From an uncultured Candidatus Saccharibacteria bacterium (GTDB lineage Bacteria > Patescibacteriota > WWE3 > UBA101185 > UBA10185), in contig CAYLVW010000002.1 in the NCBI GenBank assembly GCA_964387275.1, forward strand, positions 127,286 through 191,285: 64,000 nucleotides of DNA, given 5' to 3'. The translations under genes and the position numbers were made by a program. The notes beneath the pieces were generated by a model. That model did not search any database. It had not been told where the DNA came from and worked only from the letters and a program-made list of their open reading frames with translations. Shown piece by piece: positions 28,593 through 38,122 of the stretch; positions within the stretch are counted from its first letter, which is position 1; each line of letters starts with the position of its first letter.

Positions 28593-29573
28593 ATGCTTAA
28601 TAAAAAACTATTTTTAAACCAAGAGTTTTTTTCAGACAGGTGTGAGCTTTTACCTATCAGAGAAGGTTTTGGTTTGGGGTTGCTAGATGCTGGAGATGAC
28701 AAAAGAGTGGTTGCTGTATCAGCAGATTTATCTGAATCTGTTAAGGTAGATGGCTTTGCTAAAAAAAATCCTGAAAGGTATGTTGAGGTGGGTGTAGCAG
28801 AGCAGAATATGGCAGGTATTGGAGCAGGTCTTGCTTTGGGTGGAAAAATTCCTTTTATTACCTCATTTGGTGTGTTTAACCCTATGCGCAACCTTGATCA
28901 AATTCGAGTGTCTGTTTGTTATTCGAATCTAAATGTAAAGATTTTGGGTTCTCACGCTGGTTTTTCAAATGGTAGAGACGGGGCTACTCATCAAGCGTTA
29001 GAGGATGTGGCTATTACACGGGTTTTGCCTAATATGTCTGTTGTATGCCCTTGCGATGCATTGCAAATGAGAAAACTTATTCCTATTGTGAGAGACCACT
29101 TTGGGCCTGTTTATATAAGGTCTTTTAGAGAGCCGACAAAAGTTGTTACTACAGATAAGACTCCTTTGAGGTTTGGTAAAGGGCAGATTTTTATTGAAGG
29201 CACCGATATAACTTTAATATCATCCGGACCTATAATTACCAATGTACTGGATGCGGCTAAGGTATTACAAAGCAAACATAATATAAATGTTGAAGTTATA
29301 AATATTCACACGATAAAACCAATAGATTCTGAATTGATTACCGAATCTGTTAAGAAAACAGGTAGATGTATTGTGGTTGAGGAGCATCAAGTTTCTGGTG
29401 GGTTGGGTGGTTTGGTTTGTGAGGTGTTAGCACCTTTTGGTAAGTATCCTGTGGAGATAGTGGGGGTTTTAGATAGTTTTGGTGAATCAGGTTCATATGA
29501 AGAACTGTTGGATAAATATGGCCTTAGTACAAACACTATTATTGAAAAAGTATTGAAATTTCATCAAATCTGA
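28593..29573 (+). CDS. Transketolase, C-terminal (pyrimidine-binding plus C-terminal domain) subunit
   Basis: AEQNMAGIGAGLALGGKIPF and SHAGFSNGRDGATHQALEDVA motifs; 326 aa. Confidence 0.85.
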   Translation: MLNKKLFLNQEFFSDRCELLPIREGFGLGLLDAGDDKRVVAVSADLSESVKVDGFAKKNPERYVEVGVAEQNMAGIGAGLALGGKIPFITSFGVFNPMRNLDQIRVSVCYSNLNVKILGSHAGFSNGRDGATHQALEDVAITRVLPNMSVVCPCDALQMRKLIPIVRDHFGPVYIRSFREPTKVVTTDKTPLRFGKGQIFIEGTDITLISSGPIITNVLDAAKVLQSKHNINVEVINIHTIKPIDSELITESVKKTGRCIVVEEHQVSGGLGGLVCEVLAPFGKYPVEIVGVLDSFGESGSYEELLDKYGLSTNTIIEKVLKFHQI

Positions 29574-29585
29574 TAATATTTAAAT

Positions 29586-29840
29586 ATGATGGAAGAACTT
29601 ACAAGATATCAACAAGTTGACCAGATTCTTAACTCTTTTGCACTAACACCAGTTATTGAATTTGCTGCTATAGCTTTTTTAGTAATTATTACTTACCTTG
29701 CAGTACATAATATGAGCTCTCATTGGCACAACCTGGTTAAGTTTACTATTGCTATTCTTTTTGGGACCATGGGTTACGTTGTTGGGAAGTTTTGTTTAAT
29801 CATTATTCTTGTAAGCCCTTTATTGACTTTGTACAACTAA
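29586..29840 (+). CDS. Hypothetical small membrane protein (2 TM)
   Basis: 84-aa ORF with two hydrophobic helices. Confidence 0.3.
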   Translation: MMEELTRYQQVDQILNSFALTPVIEFAAIAFLVIITYLAVHNMSSHWHNLVKFTIAILFGTMGYVVGKFCLIIILVSPLLTLYN

Positions 29841-29857
29841 AATCTTCATAATGATTC

Positions 29858-30832
29858 ATGCCCCAATTTGATTTGTTTTGTATAGGTGATAGTGCAATTG
29901 ACCAATTTTTACGAATCGATCCTTTGAGCTTAGAAAGCTCCACAGGGAGATTTTGTTTTACTCACGGGGCAAAAATACCGGTAGATTCCTTTTCTACCTC
30001 TATTGCAGGAAACGCTATTAATGTTTCTGTGCACGCTTCTTTTTTAGGAATGAAGGTAGGTGTGTATACAGTTGTTGGTAAGGATCCTAATGGTGAGAGG
30101 ATAAAAACAGAACTGTCTGCTAGAAATATTGATGTGGGTTTAATAGATATTATGCCAGGGGCCAATACAAATGTGCACGCGGTTATATCTGCTAATGAGG
30201 AGAGAACTATTTTTTCTTATCACGAGAAGCGGGATTACAATGTTAGTATATGGCCAAAAACAAAGTGGTTATTTTATTCATCTTTAGCGAAAGGTTTTGA
30301 GGTTTTTCAAGAAAAAATTGTATCTCATATTAAGGACAATCCTGATGTGGGTGTAATATTTAATCCTGGTACTTTGCAGATGCAGGCTGGGGTTTCAAGA
30401 CTTACCAATGTTTTATCAGTAACGCATGTTCTATTTGTTAATGAAAATGAAGCAATGAAATTGGTTGAGGCAGATATAGCCGGATTTAGTCTAAGTAATG
30501 AGTATCTCTTGGATTTGCATAAGAAATTAAACAATCTAGGTCCAAAAGTCTCTGTTATTACCTTGGGTTTGTATGGGGCTTCTTGCTACGATGGTAAAGA
30601 CTTTATTAGGATGAAAGCTTTTGATGATACTAGACCTGTTGTTGATAAGACAGGGGCCGGTGATGCCTTTACAGGGGCGTTTATTGCAGGAATGTACCAC
30701 AATAAATCTCTAAAGGAATGTATGAAGTGGGGCAGTATTAATTCCTCGGAGACAATTCGTGTTGTTGGTTCCATTAATGGCACTTGTAACCTTAATACCC
30801 TAGAAACTTTATCCAAGAGTATAGAGTTTTAG
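29858..30832 (+). CDS. PfkB-family carbohydrate kinase (ribokinase-like)
   Basis: C-terminal DKTGAGDAFTGAFIAG (PfkB signature 2) and an N-terminal GG-containing motif region; 324 aa. Confidence 0.8.
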   Translation: MPQFDLFCIGDSAIDQFLRIDPLSLESSTGRFCFTHGAKIPVDSFSTSIAGNAINVSVHASFLGMKVGVYTVVGKDPNGERIKTELSARNIDVGLIDIMPGANTNVHAVISANEERTIFSYHEKRDYNVSIWPKTKWLFYSSLAKGFEVFQEKIVSHIKDNPDVGVIFNPGTLQMQAGVSRLTNVLSVTHVLFVNENEAMKLVEADIAGFSLSNEYLLDLHKKLNNLGPKVSVITLGLYGASCYDGKDFIRMKAFDDTRPVVDKTGAGDAFTGAFIAGMYHNKSLKECMKWGSINSSETIRVVGSINGTCNLNTLETLSKSIEF

Positions 30833-30834
30833 TT

Positions 30835-31347
30835 ATGAAGTACTTTATTGTTTTTGCAACACTAATAACATTGTTTTTTACAAAAACTGTTTACTCCCAA
30901 GAATACTACTGTGAAGTGAGAGGTCGGGTTATGATGAAGACCTTTGCAAGCCTAGATAACAGGGTAGTAGATGAAATAAATTTGCGTGTAATAGAATCAA
31001 AAAAGGCTAATGTTTTGGGCATAGTTTCAGAGGAAGTCTTATGTAAGGAGGGTTTCAATCAAGGGCAGGTTGTAGTAGTAGCTTATCCAAAAAGAGAATT
31101 GGATATTTCTTCTGGAGATATTGTAACTGCTGTTGTTAGATCCAGTAGTTACGGAGGTACATTCGGTCTCTACAAAGAGAGTGATGGTATTAAAGTAGTA
31201 GAAGATATAGGAAAAACCAATATTGATATATTAAGTTTAACCCAAGACGCTTTATTCTTGTTCTCTTCGTTTGTAGAATTTAGTTTTGAAAAAATCGCAG
31301 ATACTATAATTGCTGCTGAAATTGTTATTTTGAGTCTAAAGAAGTAA
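30835..31347 (+). CDS. Hypothetical secreted protein
   Basis: 170 aa with an N-terminal signal peptide; 3' end overlaps the convergent MNT-HEPN gene by 23 nt. Confidence 0.35.
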   Translation: MKYFIVFATLITLFFTKTVYSQEYYCEVRGRVMMKTFASLDNRVVDEINLRVIESKKANVLGIVSEEVLCKEGFNQGQVVVVAYPKRELDISSGDIVTAVVRSSSYGGTFGLYKESDGIKVVEDIGKTNIDILSLTQDALFLFSSFVEFSFEKIADTIIAAEIVILSLKK

Positions 31348-32194
31348 TTTTATCCAAGCAAGTTTTACGCACAGCTTTTTCTAATTCGGAAATTTTTTCT
31401 GCTAAGTATTCTAATTCTTCAAGGGTGATTTCGTAATCGTGTCTATATCTCGCATCAACATACGCTCTAACTAATTTATCAAAAACAACTCTATCTTCTT
31501 GAGACTTTACTCTGAAGATATTTTCTAAGCCTTTTATTTCTTGAATTACTAAAGATCTTAGCTTTTCTAAGTTGTGGGTTTTTGGTTTGTAGCCTGTAAA
31601 TACCAGCAAAGTAGCAACATACAGTGTTTCTGCAACTTGATGTAGATGAAAAGCCGCATTACTAAATTCTTTATCTTCAATGTTATGGTTGAAATCTTTT
31701 AAAAAGCTTTGCGATTTTTTGAACCAGAAATCAAAATCTCTTTTAGCATTTGCAGAAACCTCGGAAGCTGTGAGCTTTTTTGGCTCTGTTAACTTGTACT
31801 CGCCTGAGTCATATAACAAAAGTCCTTCGTTTTTTATATCAATATAGAAATAGTTTCCTTCCTTGAGCTTTTCATTTACAAAGTGGATAGTGTCTATTAC
31901 CAAACTGACCGGAGTTTTTATAGTTAGGGAGGTTTTAATTTTTTGCTCTATATCGTTCCACAGACCAAAATTCTTACTAATTTTTTCTCCTTTAACTACA
32001 ACTAATATATCGTAATCACTAATGTATTCATAAGTAATGTGACCTTCTTTGTACCTGTCAGAAACCCAATCACCTCTAGCATAGCTGCCGAAAAGTAATA
32101 TCAGTCCTACATCTGCAGAATCTCTAATTATATTAGTTATAAGCTTTAGTTCATCTTGTTTTTCTTTTGGCAAATATATGAGTTCTGTTTTCAT
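31325..32194 (-). CDS. Fused minimal nucleotidyltransferase (MNT) plus HEPN-domain protein (kanamycin-nucleotidyltransferase-like architecture)
   Basis: N-terminal LILLFGSYARGDW...DYDILVVV (GS...D.D NTase motif). C-terminal helical domain with FHLHQVAETL...PKTHNLEKL (HEPN-like THxL motif). Confidence 0.65.
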   Translation of the reverse strand: MKTELIYLPKEKQDELKLITNIIRDSADVGLILLFGSYARGDWVSDRYKEGHITYEYISDYDILVVVKGEKISKNFGLWNDIEQKIKTSLTIKTPVSLVIDTIHFVNEKLKEGNYFYIDIKNEGLLLYDSGEYKLTEPKKLTASEVSANAKRDFDFWFKKSQSFLKDFNHNIEDKEFSNAAFHLHQVAETLYVATLLVFTGYKPKTHNLEKLRSLVIQEIKGLENIFRVKSQEDRVVFDKLVRAYVDARYRHDYEITLEELEYLAEKISELEKAVRKTCLDKITSLDSK

Positions 32195-32398
32195 ATGAGG
32201 TTAGTGTAGCATAGGGATGTTTTGATTTGGAGGGCGGGGAGTCTACGTCAATATCTTATAGGGTGTCTGTTGTAACTACTTTATATACCCAACCAATTGT
32301 TTGGGAAGTCTCATTATGTTGATAAGCACAACGGTTTTATTTGGCTCATAAAATTGTCCCCAACCGTAGAGAGTTCTCAATGGTTGGGGTTTATGAAA

Positions 32399-32695
32399 CT
32401 ATATTTGCGTAACCAAGAAGGTATTTTTTAGATGTACTTCTAGTTGGTGCATGTCTCCATTAAATTGTATTACTTCTCTCCATCTTCCAGGGCTTGTGTT
32501 AATTAAAGTTTCTGGAACACCATCTTTAATAATCTTTTGCGTGTTTGCATTATCACAAAGTACAAATGTAACTCCATACACCGCATCATAGTAAGCCGCA
32601 ATAATAGATCCTTCAGGTCTATCGGTTCTTAGCATTTTTTCCCAACATCTATAAAAATCAGTACCGACATACAGATTGATTGTTGGTTTACTCAT
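32399..32695 (-). CDS. Hypothetical protein
   Basis: 98-aa ORF, no recognisable motif. Confidence 0.3.
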   Translation of the reverse strand: MSKPTINLYVGTDFYRCWEKMLRTDRPEGSIIAAYYDAVYGVTFVLCDNANTQKIIKDGVPETLINTSPGRWREVIQFNGDMHQLEVHLKNTFLVTQI

Positions 32696-32762
32696 TTCTC
32701 CTCCATTTTTCCTGATAATTTATAGCAAAAATAAATCAATTTGCCTATCTTAGAAAATACCT

Positions 32763-33554
32763 TTGACTATTTTAAATGATGGAACTACTATTAATAGTTC
32801 ATATAGCTACTTAGAAAGGACACTTGTGTTATCTGCTCAGATTGAAGTAAATCAAAGTGAAACTGGTAAAAATCTAACTGCTCTTGCCTACGCAAAAAGT
32901 ATAGGTTTTTCTATGCTAGAAAAATTACCAAAATCTACAGGATTGTCTCAGACTTTGAATTATCTGGGTGAGATTGGGTCAGAACTATTTCATAGAGCAA
33001 GGAGATTGGGTGAGACTTTCAATTTTTCTTTTGAAACCCTATCTAGAGATCCTCAGATCCAACTATTTAAACAAAACGAACAAACTCTTCTAGACTATTT
33101 ATCTAGGGAGGTATTAGATCCTTGTAATAAAGATGAAATATCACGTCGTCTCAAGGGTGTTATAGAAAACTACCTACCATTAGATACTAGGGAACATGGG
33201 TTATCTAGAGAAGCTTATAGAAGTTTTATATGGCCAACATTTTGTACAAGAATGGCTGCTATTGCTGGGGTTGGTGTTTATGTTGCTGTTGAAGCTGGTA
33301 GTATTGAAAGAGGTGTTAGTTTTGTCCGTGAGCAGCTGCCTGGGTTGAGTTTTGATACCCTTGGGTTACTTGGCACCCCCTGGCTGTCTTATGGTGAGTT
33401 GGGTCCTAACCTTTTGTCACACTCTTTTTTGCAAAATTCTCCAAGCGGTGAAAACGCTTCTCATAATAAAGAACTTTCAAATATGCGGAGTTATTTGGAG
33501 TCATTGGGGGTATTGGAACCCGATTACTCTATAAAATATGCAGTACGTGGTTAG
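32763..33554 (+). CDS. Hypothetical protein
   Basis: 263-aa ORF, first of three co-directional unknown genes. Confidence 0.4.
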   Translation: MTILNDGTTINSSYSYLERTLVLSAQIEVNQSETGKNLTALAYAKSIGFSMLEKLPKSTGLSQTLNYLGEIGSELFHRARRLGETFNFSFETLSRDPQIQLFKQNEQTLLDYLSREVLDPCNKDEISRRLKGVIENYLPLDTREHGLSREAYRSFIWPTFCTRMAAIAGVGVYVAVEAGSIERGVSFVREQLPGLSFDTLGLLGTPWLSYGELGPNLLSHSFLQNSPSGENASHNKELSNMRSYLESLGVLEPDYSIKYAVRG

Positions 33555-33915
33555 ATTACAGAAAATTATTAATATGTGTTTAGAGTTAAGTTCTTTATCT
33601 AAGGAAGAAAAAGCCGATCTATGTTACGAGTTGCATAACCATATATTATCCTCAGCTATATTCTCCTTAGAAAGCAGCTTGAGTTCTACAGAGCGGGAAG
33701 AGCTCGCCATCTTACTGTCGTCTGATATTTCACCAGAATCCATGGTATCAAAATTGAACGCTTTGTTTAGCAAATCTATAGCTTCAGAAAAACTGTTAGG
33801 TACATTGATACTAGAATATGAAAAGGCTGCTAAAGACTTACTATCTGTTACTTACAAAATACTGCCTTTAAAGGCCCAAGACGAAGTTTCCCATTTGGTT
33901 GAGAGTTGGTTTTGA
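33538..33915 (+). CDS. Hypothetical protein
   Basis: 125-aa ORF overlapping neighbours by 17 nt on each side. Confidence 0.35.
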   Translation: MQYVVRLQKIINMCLELSSLSKEEKADLCYELHNHILSSAIFSLESSLSSTEREELAILLSSDISPESMVSKLNALFSKSIASEKLLGTLILEYEKAAKDLLSVTYKILPLKAQDEVSHLVESWF

Positions 33916-35056
33916 TAAGCACTCTGTTTATGTGTATATTATCTTTATGCCCATAAAAACTAAAAAAATATTGAATTCTGAACTTAGTAAGTCCTTAGTT
34001 TTATATTCGATTCATATACCCATATTACTTTTATTATTAGCATTCGTTGGATCTTTTACGCTTGCTCAATATTCTTCAGAAGACTCACTGGTTGGTCAGG
34101 TTTTAGGTAAAGATAGTGATGATAACGACGACGAAGAAGATAAAGATGAAGATGAAGACAGGGATAGAGAAGACTCTGATGATAATGAAGACGAAAAGGA
34201 CTCTGATGAGGATCGTGGTTCCAATAGCAACTCAGGGTCTGGTAGTTCGAGTAATTCCTCAGTCAAACCCGCAGTTAAAAATAATGAAGTAAAAACAGAG
34301 GAAAGGGTGGAGAATACAGATGGAACGTACTCTATTATTGAGACTAAAGAGAAAGATGGTGAGGCAGAGGTTGAGATAATAACATATAACCAGAATGGAG
34401 ATAAATTACGAGTTGAGAAATATGAGAATAAAGAAGGAGAAGAAGAAGCCCGGGTTTCTGTTTATGATGGATTAGGCAATAAGATTAGTGATTTTAGATT
34501 AGAAACTGAAGATGGTAAGGAGCTTGAGCTAAGGCTTAAAGAAGGGGAGACTGAGCTATCGAGAGTGAGATTTGATGTTGAAAAACAAGAGCTTTTAGTA
34601 AAAACTAAGGAGTCCAGTGGTTCTGATGGTTCAAATAGTAGTAGTGATTTAAGAATAAGGTTATTAGGAAACGACTTTGTTTTAACTAGGTCTGGTATTA
34701 ACGCTCTTTCTAGATTTCCCCTTGTTGTAGATGATGCAACCGGAGAGATTGTTGTTCAAACCCCTGTTGGAGAAGTTAAGCTGGGCGCTATGCCAGATTC
34801 TATAGTTGAGAAAGCAAAGGCATCTAGTGGTGTTGATGATGTTTTAGATCTTGAACTCCAAACAACCTCGGAATCTACCTCTAGTTCGTCCTCATCTTTA
34901 GAGTTTAAACTAACTGGCACAAAAACTGAGAAACTTTTAGGATTGTTTAATTTACAAATACCTACGACACTAATATATGATGCTAATACAGGCGGGTTTA
35001 TTCGTTCAGAGGAACCAACCTTTGTAACCAAGATATTGGACTTGTTTAGTTTCTAA
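33899..35056 (+). CDS. Hypothetical membrane-anchored protein with a highly acidic D/E-rich low-complexity region and Ser-rich tracts
   Basis: 385 aa; N-terminal TM; DSDDNDDEEDKDEDEDRDREDSDDNEDEKDSDEDRGSNSNSGSGSSSNSS. Confidence 0.45.
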   Translation: MRVGFDKHSVYVYIIFMPIKTKKILNSELSKSLVLYSIHIPILLLLLAFVGSFTLAQYSSEDSLVGQVLGKDSDDNDDEEDKDEDEDRDREDSDDNEDEKDSDEDRGSNSNSGSGSSSNSSVKPAVKNNEVKTEERVENTDGTYSIIETKEKDGEAEVEIITYNQNGDKLRVEKYENKEGEEEARVSVYDGLGNKISDFRLETEDGKELELRLKEGETELSRVRFDVEKQELLVKTKESSGSDGSNSSSDLRIRLLGNDFVLTRSGINALSRFPLVVDDATGEIVVQTPVGEVKLGAMPDSIVEKAKASSGVDDVLDLELQTTSESTSSSSSSLEFKLTGTKTEKLLGLFNLQIPTTLIYDANTGGFIRSEEPTFVTKILDLFSF

Positions 35057-35062
35057 ATAAAA

Positions 35063-35093
35063 GTGCCTGTAGGGCAAGATACCTTACAGGCAC
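35063..35093. terminator. Bidirectional hairpin terminator between convergent genes
   Basis: Stem gtgcctgtagg/ccttacaggcac with A/T-rich flanks on both sides. Confidence 0.45.
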
Positions 35094-35100
35094 ATAGTGT

Positions 35101-35346
35101 TTATATTCCTCGACCTCTTCTTAGCATCATAACAATAACCAAAACAACAAGTACAATTACTCCAATTATAGTTGCAGGACCTGTAATCATAGATAAACTT
35201 CCCAGAAAATTACTCAACATACTCTGAAAGTTAACTCTCATAAGATTAGGGCCAAGTAAGCTTAATACTACAACCACAGAAATCAAAATAAGGACCAATA
35301 TGAGGATATATTCTAATAGACCCTGACCTCTTTCTCTTTTGTTCAC
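35101..35346 (-). CDS. Flp/class-III-signal-peptide pilin-like small protein
   Basis: N-terminus MNKRERGQGLLEYILILVLILI fits the G-x4-EY prepilin processing motif followed by a hydrophobic helix; 81 aa. Confidence 0.45.
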   Translation of the reverse strand: MNKRERGQGLLEYILILVLILISVVVVLSLLGPNLMRVNFQSMLSNFLGSLSMITGPATIIGVIVLVVLVIVMMLRRGRGI

Positions 35347-35552
35347 GCTTGACCAATACCCCGGTTACTATTAGCAGGTCGCAACTTATAGTAGACGGGT
35401 TTATTTTCTTGCAGAACACGCCCTGTAACAATGTAAATCACATTCTTTATTTGAATTTCGTCTCGTTCTACAGGCTCTACCGGAAGATTAATCATACCTT
35501 TCTCTATGGTATCTCCGTAGGCATCCACAATAATATATCCAAATTTTGTCAT
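35343..35552 (-). CDS. Hypothetical small protein
   Basis: 69-aa ORF overlapping the pilin-like gene by 4 nt. Confidence 0.3.
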   Translation of the reverse strand: MTKFGYIIVDAYGDTIEKGMINLPVEPVERDEIQIKNVIYIVTGRVLQENKPVYYKLRPANSNRGIGQA

Positions 35553-35665
35553 ATTTTCTCCTTGAGAGGTTTATACACCAAAAGATCTTCAGAAGTCAAC
35601 CTATAGGATTTGATATGAAAATGCCGATTGAGAAACTTAAAGTTTTCCAATCGGCAGGCTTTTGC

Positions 35666-35923
35666 CTAACGCTCTCTAATACTAATCCCAACCCAAAGCA
35701 GGAAAAACAAAAGAATAAAGTTTCTGGTCATCCCGGCAAGCCAGTACCCATTAGCCACTTCCCAAGACAAATAGTGTTGGGTAGTGAAGAAGTTAACCCA
35801 GGTAAATTGAGCAGTAGCAACCCATGGATTAAACAACAGATCAACGTAAGCTGCTACTGTTGCTAAGATACTAACGAGGACAGATACTATTAAAGCTTTA
35901 ATTGCATTGGATTTGATTCCCAT
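35666..35923 (-). CDS. Hypothetical small membrane protein (2 TM)
   Basis: 85-aa ORF with two hydrophobic helices. Confidence 0.3.
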   Translation of the reverse strand: MGIKSNAIKALIVSVLVSILATVAAYVDLLFNPWVATAQFTWVNFFTTQHYLSWEVANGYWLAGMTRNFILLFFLLWVGISIRER

Positions 35924-36009
35924 CTTTTACAGCCTCTTTCTCCAGGTTTTGTTTCCTTTTGGGCGTATGATACGAGCTTTTTTGTTGTTACGCAATCTAG
36001 GAGATATTA

Positions 36010-36558
36010 CTATACTAAGAGTATTCCACGAAATCCTCGCGCAGCATAATAGGAGGATGCTCCATTGTGGTATACAAAAATACTGTTGTATCTACGATCT
36101 GCAAACAAAGCCCCTCCGAGATCTCTTATAGTTTTAGGAGTGGCTATCCAACTTGATGTTTTAGTGTCAAACTCTCCTAGTGTCTGCAGATGTCTGTATT
36201 GAGACTCTGTAAGAATCTCAATACCTATTGTGCCTGCTACTTCCAGGGCGCTGCCTGAAGGTTTTGCTTCTTTTCTGTCGTCTAGTGATTTTTGGTCGTA
36301 ACATAAGCTTCTTCTACCACTAGGGCTTTCAGAAGAGCAATCACAGTAGATAAACTTCTTTTTTTCTTGATCCCAACCTATCACATCTGGTTCACCTCCA
36401 GTTTCTTCCATTTTTATTAATATTTCTATAGAGTGTTTATTACCCTCTAAGGCCTTAAGTATGTCTAGCCATTTTATACTTTTGTGCCTGTCTACATTTT
36501 TTTCAAAACGTTTTTGTAGTATCTCTATTTGTTTTTCTATCTGTGATTTATTAAGCAT
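36010..36558 (-). CDS. Conserved hypothetical protein, DUF4256-like
   Basis: 182 aa. The motif block GGEPDVIGWD...FIYCDCSSESPSGRRSLCYD...SWIATPKTIRDLGGALF...YHNGASSYYAARGFRG resembles a conserved domain of unknown function, recalled from memory. Confidence 0.35.
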   Translation of the reverse strand: MLNKSQIEKQIEILQKRFEKNVDRHKSIKWLDILKALEGNKHSIEILIKMEETGGEPDVIGWDQEKKKFIYCDCSSESPSGRRSLCYDQKSLDDRKEAKPSGSALEVAGTIGIEILTESQYRHLQTLGEFDTKTSSWIATPKTIRDLGGALFADRRYNSIFVYHNGASSYYAARGFRGILLV

Positions 36559-36656
36559 ACGGAGATTATATAAGATTTATTACCAAATAAAAAAAATCTC
36601 ACAGTAGTTTCAGGAAGTTTTGACTTCTCAGAACCTGACTGTGAGAACCATATTTT

Positions 36657-37031
36657 TTACGACGCCATTTGTTTCATAAGATTAAGAAGAAAATGAGCGG
36701 CTACAACCCCCGCAATTACGCCAAACGGTGTTAGCATTACCGTAATTATCGAAATACTGATAAAATCGATAAAGCTATAATTTTTCGTATAAGCCTCCAT
36801 AAACGCCGGATCCTCTCTACGCAGTAATTGTTCAACCCTATCTTCTTCCACTCTATCGTCAAGATCCACCTTAGCAAATACCCTTGCTCGCAGTAACTGG
36901 TATTTATTACTCATGTTGGCCCAGAAATAGTATCTATAGATTGGAACTAAAGTTAGACCTACAGTCCAAGCCATAAGAAATCCCAAAAAAGCCATAAGAG
37001 CATAGATAATAGTTTCAATATGTTCGATCAT
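36657..37031 (-). CDS. Hypothetical membrane protein (2-3 TM)
   Basis: 124-aa ORF; hydrophobic N- and C-termini with a charged middle. Confidence 0.35.
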   Translation of the reverse strand: MIEHIETIIYALMAFLGFLMAWTVGLTLVPIYRYYFWANMSNKYQLLRARVFAKVDLDDRVEEDRVEQLLRREDPAFMEAYTKNYSFIDFISISIITVMLTPFGVIAGVVAAHFLLNLMKQMAS

Positions 37032-37049
37032 CTCTTTCTCCCTGTTTTT

Positions 37050-37451
37050 CTAAGCTTTTTTGTATAGCATTGTCACTGCTACATGGTATCCTGCAGCAGT
37101 AGCTTTTCTTTCACGTTTTAGATCATCAGCATCCTCAGGAGATTTAATAATCTCAAAAGCCACCACTTGACTTAATAGCTCTTCAGGTATTTGGGCAATT
37201 ACTTCTGCTATTGATGGCTTAAAGAGGCCATAGAAGCCGAATGTGTGGTACGTAGTTATAGATTGTAGCTCAGCAATTCCCTCAACAGCTTCATTAGTAG
37301 CTGTTGGGTCCCATATATATGAGACATTTCTAGGATCCACAGATCTAATATAGCGTTTTCCTAGGTCTGGAAAGGTTACAATAGGTCTGATTCTAGCGCA
37401 TAGATCAGCCAACTTCCTATTTGAGATAGCAGGAATCCAACTTTTTCCCAT
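37050..37451 (-). CDS. Hypothetical protein
   Basis: 133-aa ORF, 18 nt upstream of the next gene. Confidence 0.35.
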   Translation of the reverse strand: MGKSWIPAISNRKLADLCARIRPIVTFPDLGKRYIRSVDPRNVSYIWDPTATNEAVEGIAELQSITTYHTFGFYGLFKPSIAEVIAQIPEELLSQVVAFEIIKSPEDADDLKRERKATAAGYHVAVTMLYKKA

Positions 37452-37590
37452 CTTGTTCCTCCTCCTAAAGACTTGCTATAGGACTATATAGTATTTACGC
37501 TGTAAATTCAACCTGCCTCAGAAAAGTACCTATTGCGTTCGGCTGGGTGCGTTTTAGTACTATATTTGTGACTATTGTTCTGTAGTGGCT

Positions 37591-37950
37591 TTATATTAAA
37601 CCGGTAAAAAGTAAAATAAGTGCACACAGTGTGACTATTGCAAATACACCTACAGTTCTTCCGAAAAGACTAAGAGCCTCTTTCTTTTTGCCCTCAATAA
37701 ATAATTGAAGCGGTTGATAGAAGAACAAAAAAGCCATAACCGATACTGAAAGGGTAAGTACTGATAAGAAAACTATTGGAGCGAAAAAGGTGTCTGGTTT
37801 GTTTCTAAGTGGTGCTGTAGCAAAGCTCATTGTTGAGACAACGAGAACTATGTAAGCCGAGGCGGAGACAGCATTTATTATAGGGTTTTTAGACATACTC
37901 TTATTGTACCAGAGTGTTTTTGTGTTTGATTTTTGGTAGGATTTGGCCAC
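37591..37950 (-). CDS. Hypothetical membrane protein (3 TM)
   Basis: 119-aa hydrophobic ORF. Confidence 0.35.
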   Translation of the reverse strand: MAKSYQKSNTKTLWYNKSMSKNPIINAVSASAYIVLVVSTMSFATAPLRNKPDTFFAPIVFLSVLTLSVSVMAFLFFYQPLQLFIEGKKKEALSLFGRTVGVFAIVTLCALILLFTGLI

Positions 37951-38122
37951 ACGTTCTTGCCTACTGGCAATATGCGTGACTTCGGATTGTCACAACCGCG
38001 GTTTTATCTTTTGAATACCCAAGTAATATAAAAATACCCGCAATTCTTGCGGACTTACAAAGATTTTTATGGCTCTACATAGCAGAAGATGTTAGAAAGT
38101 GTTTTGTTTTACAGTAAGGATT

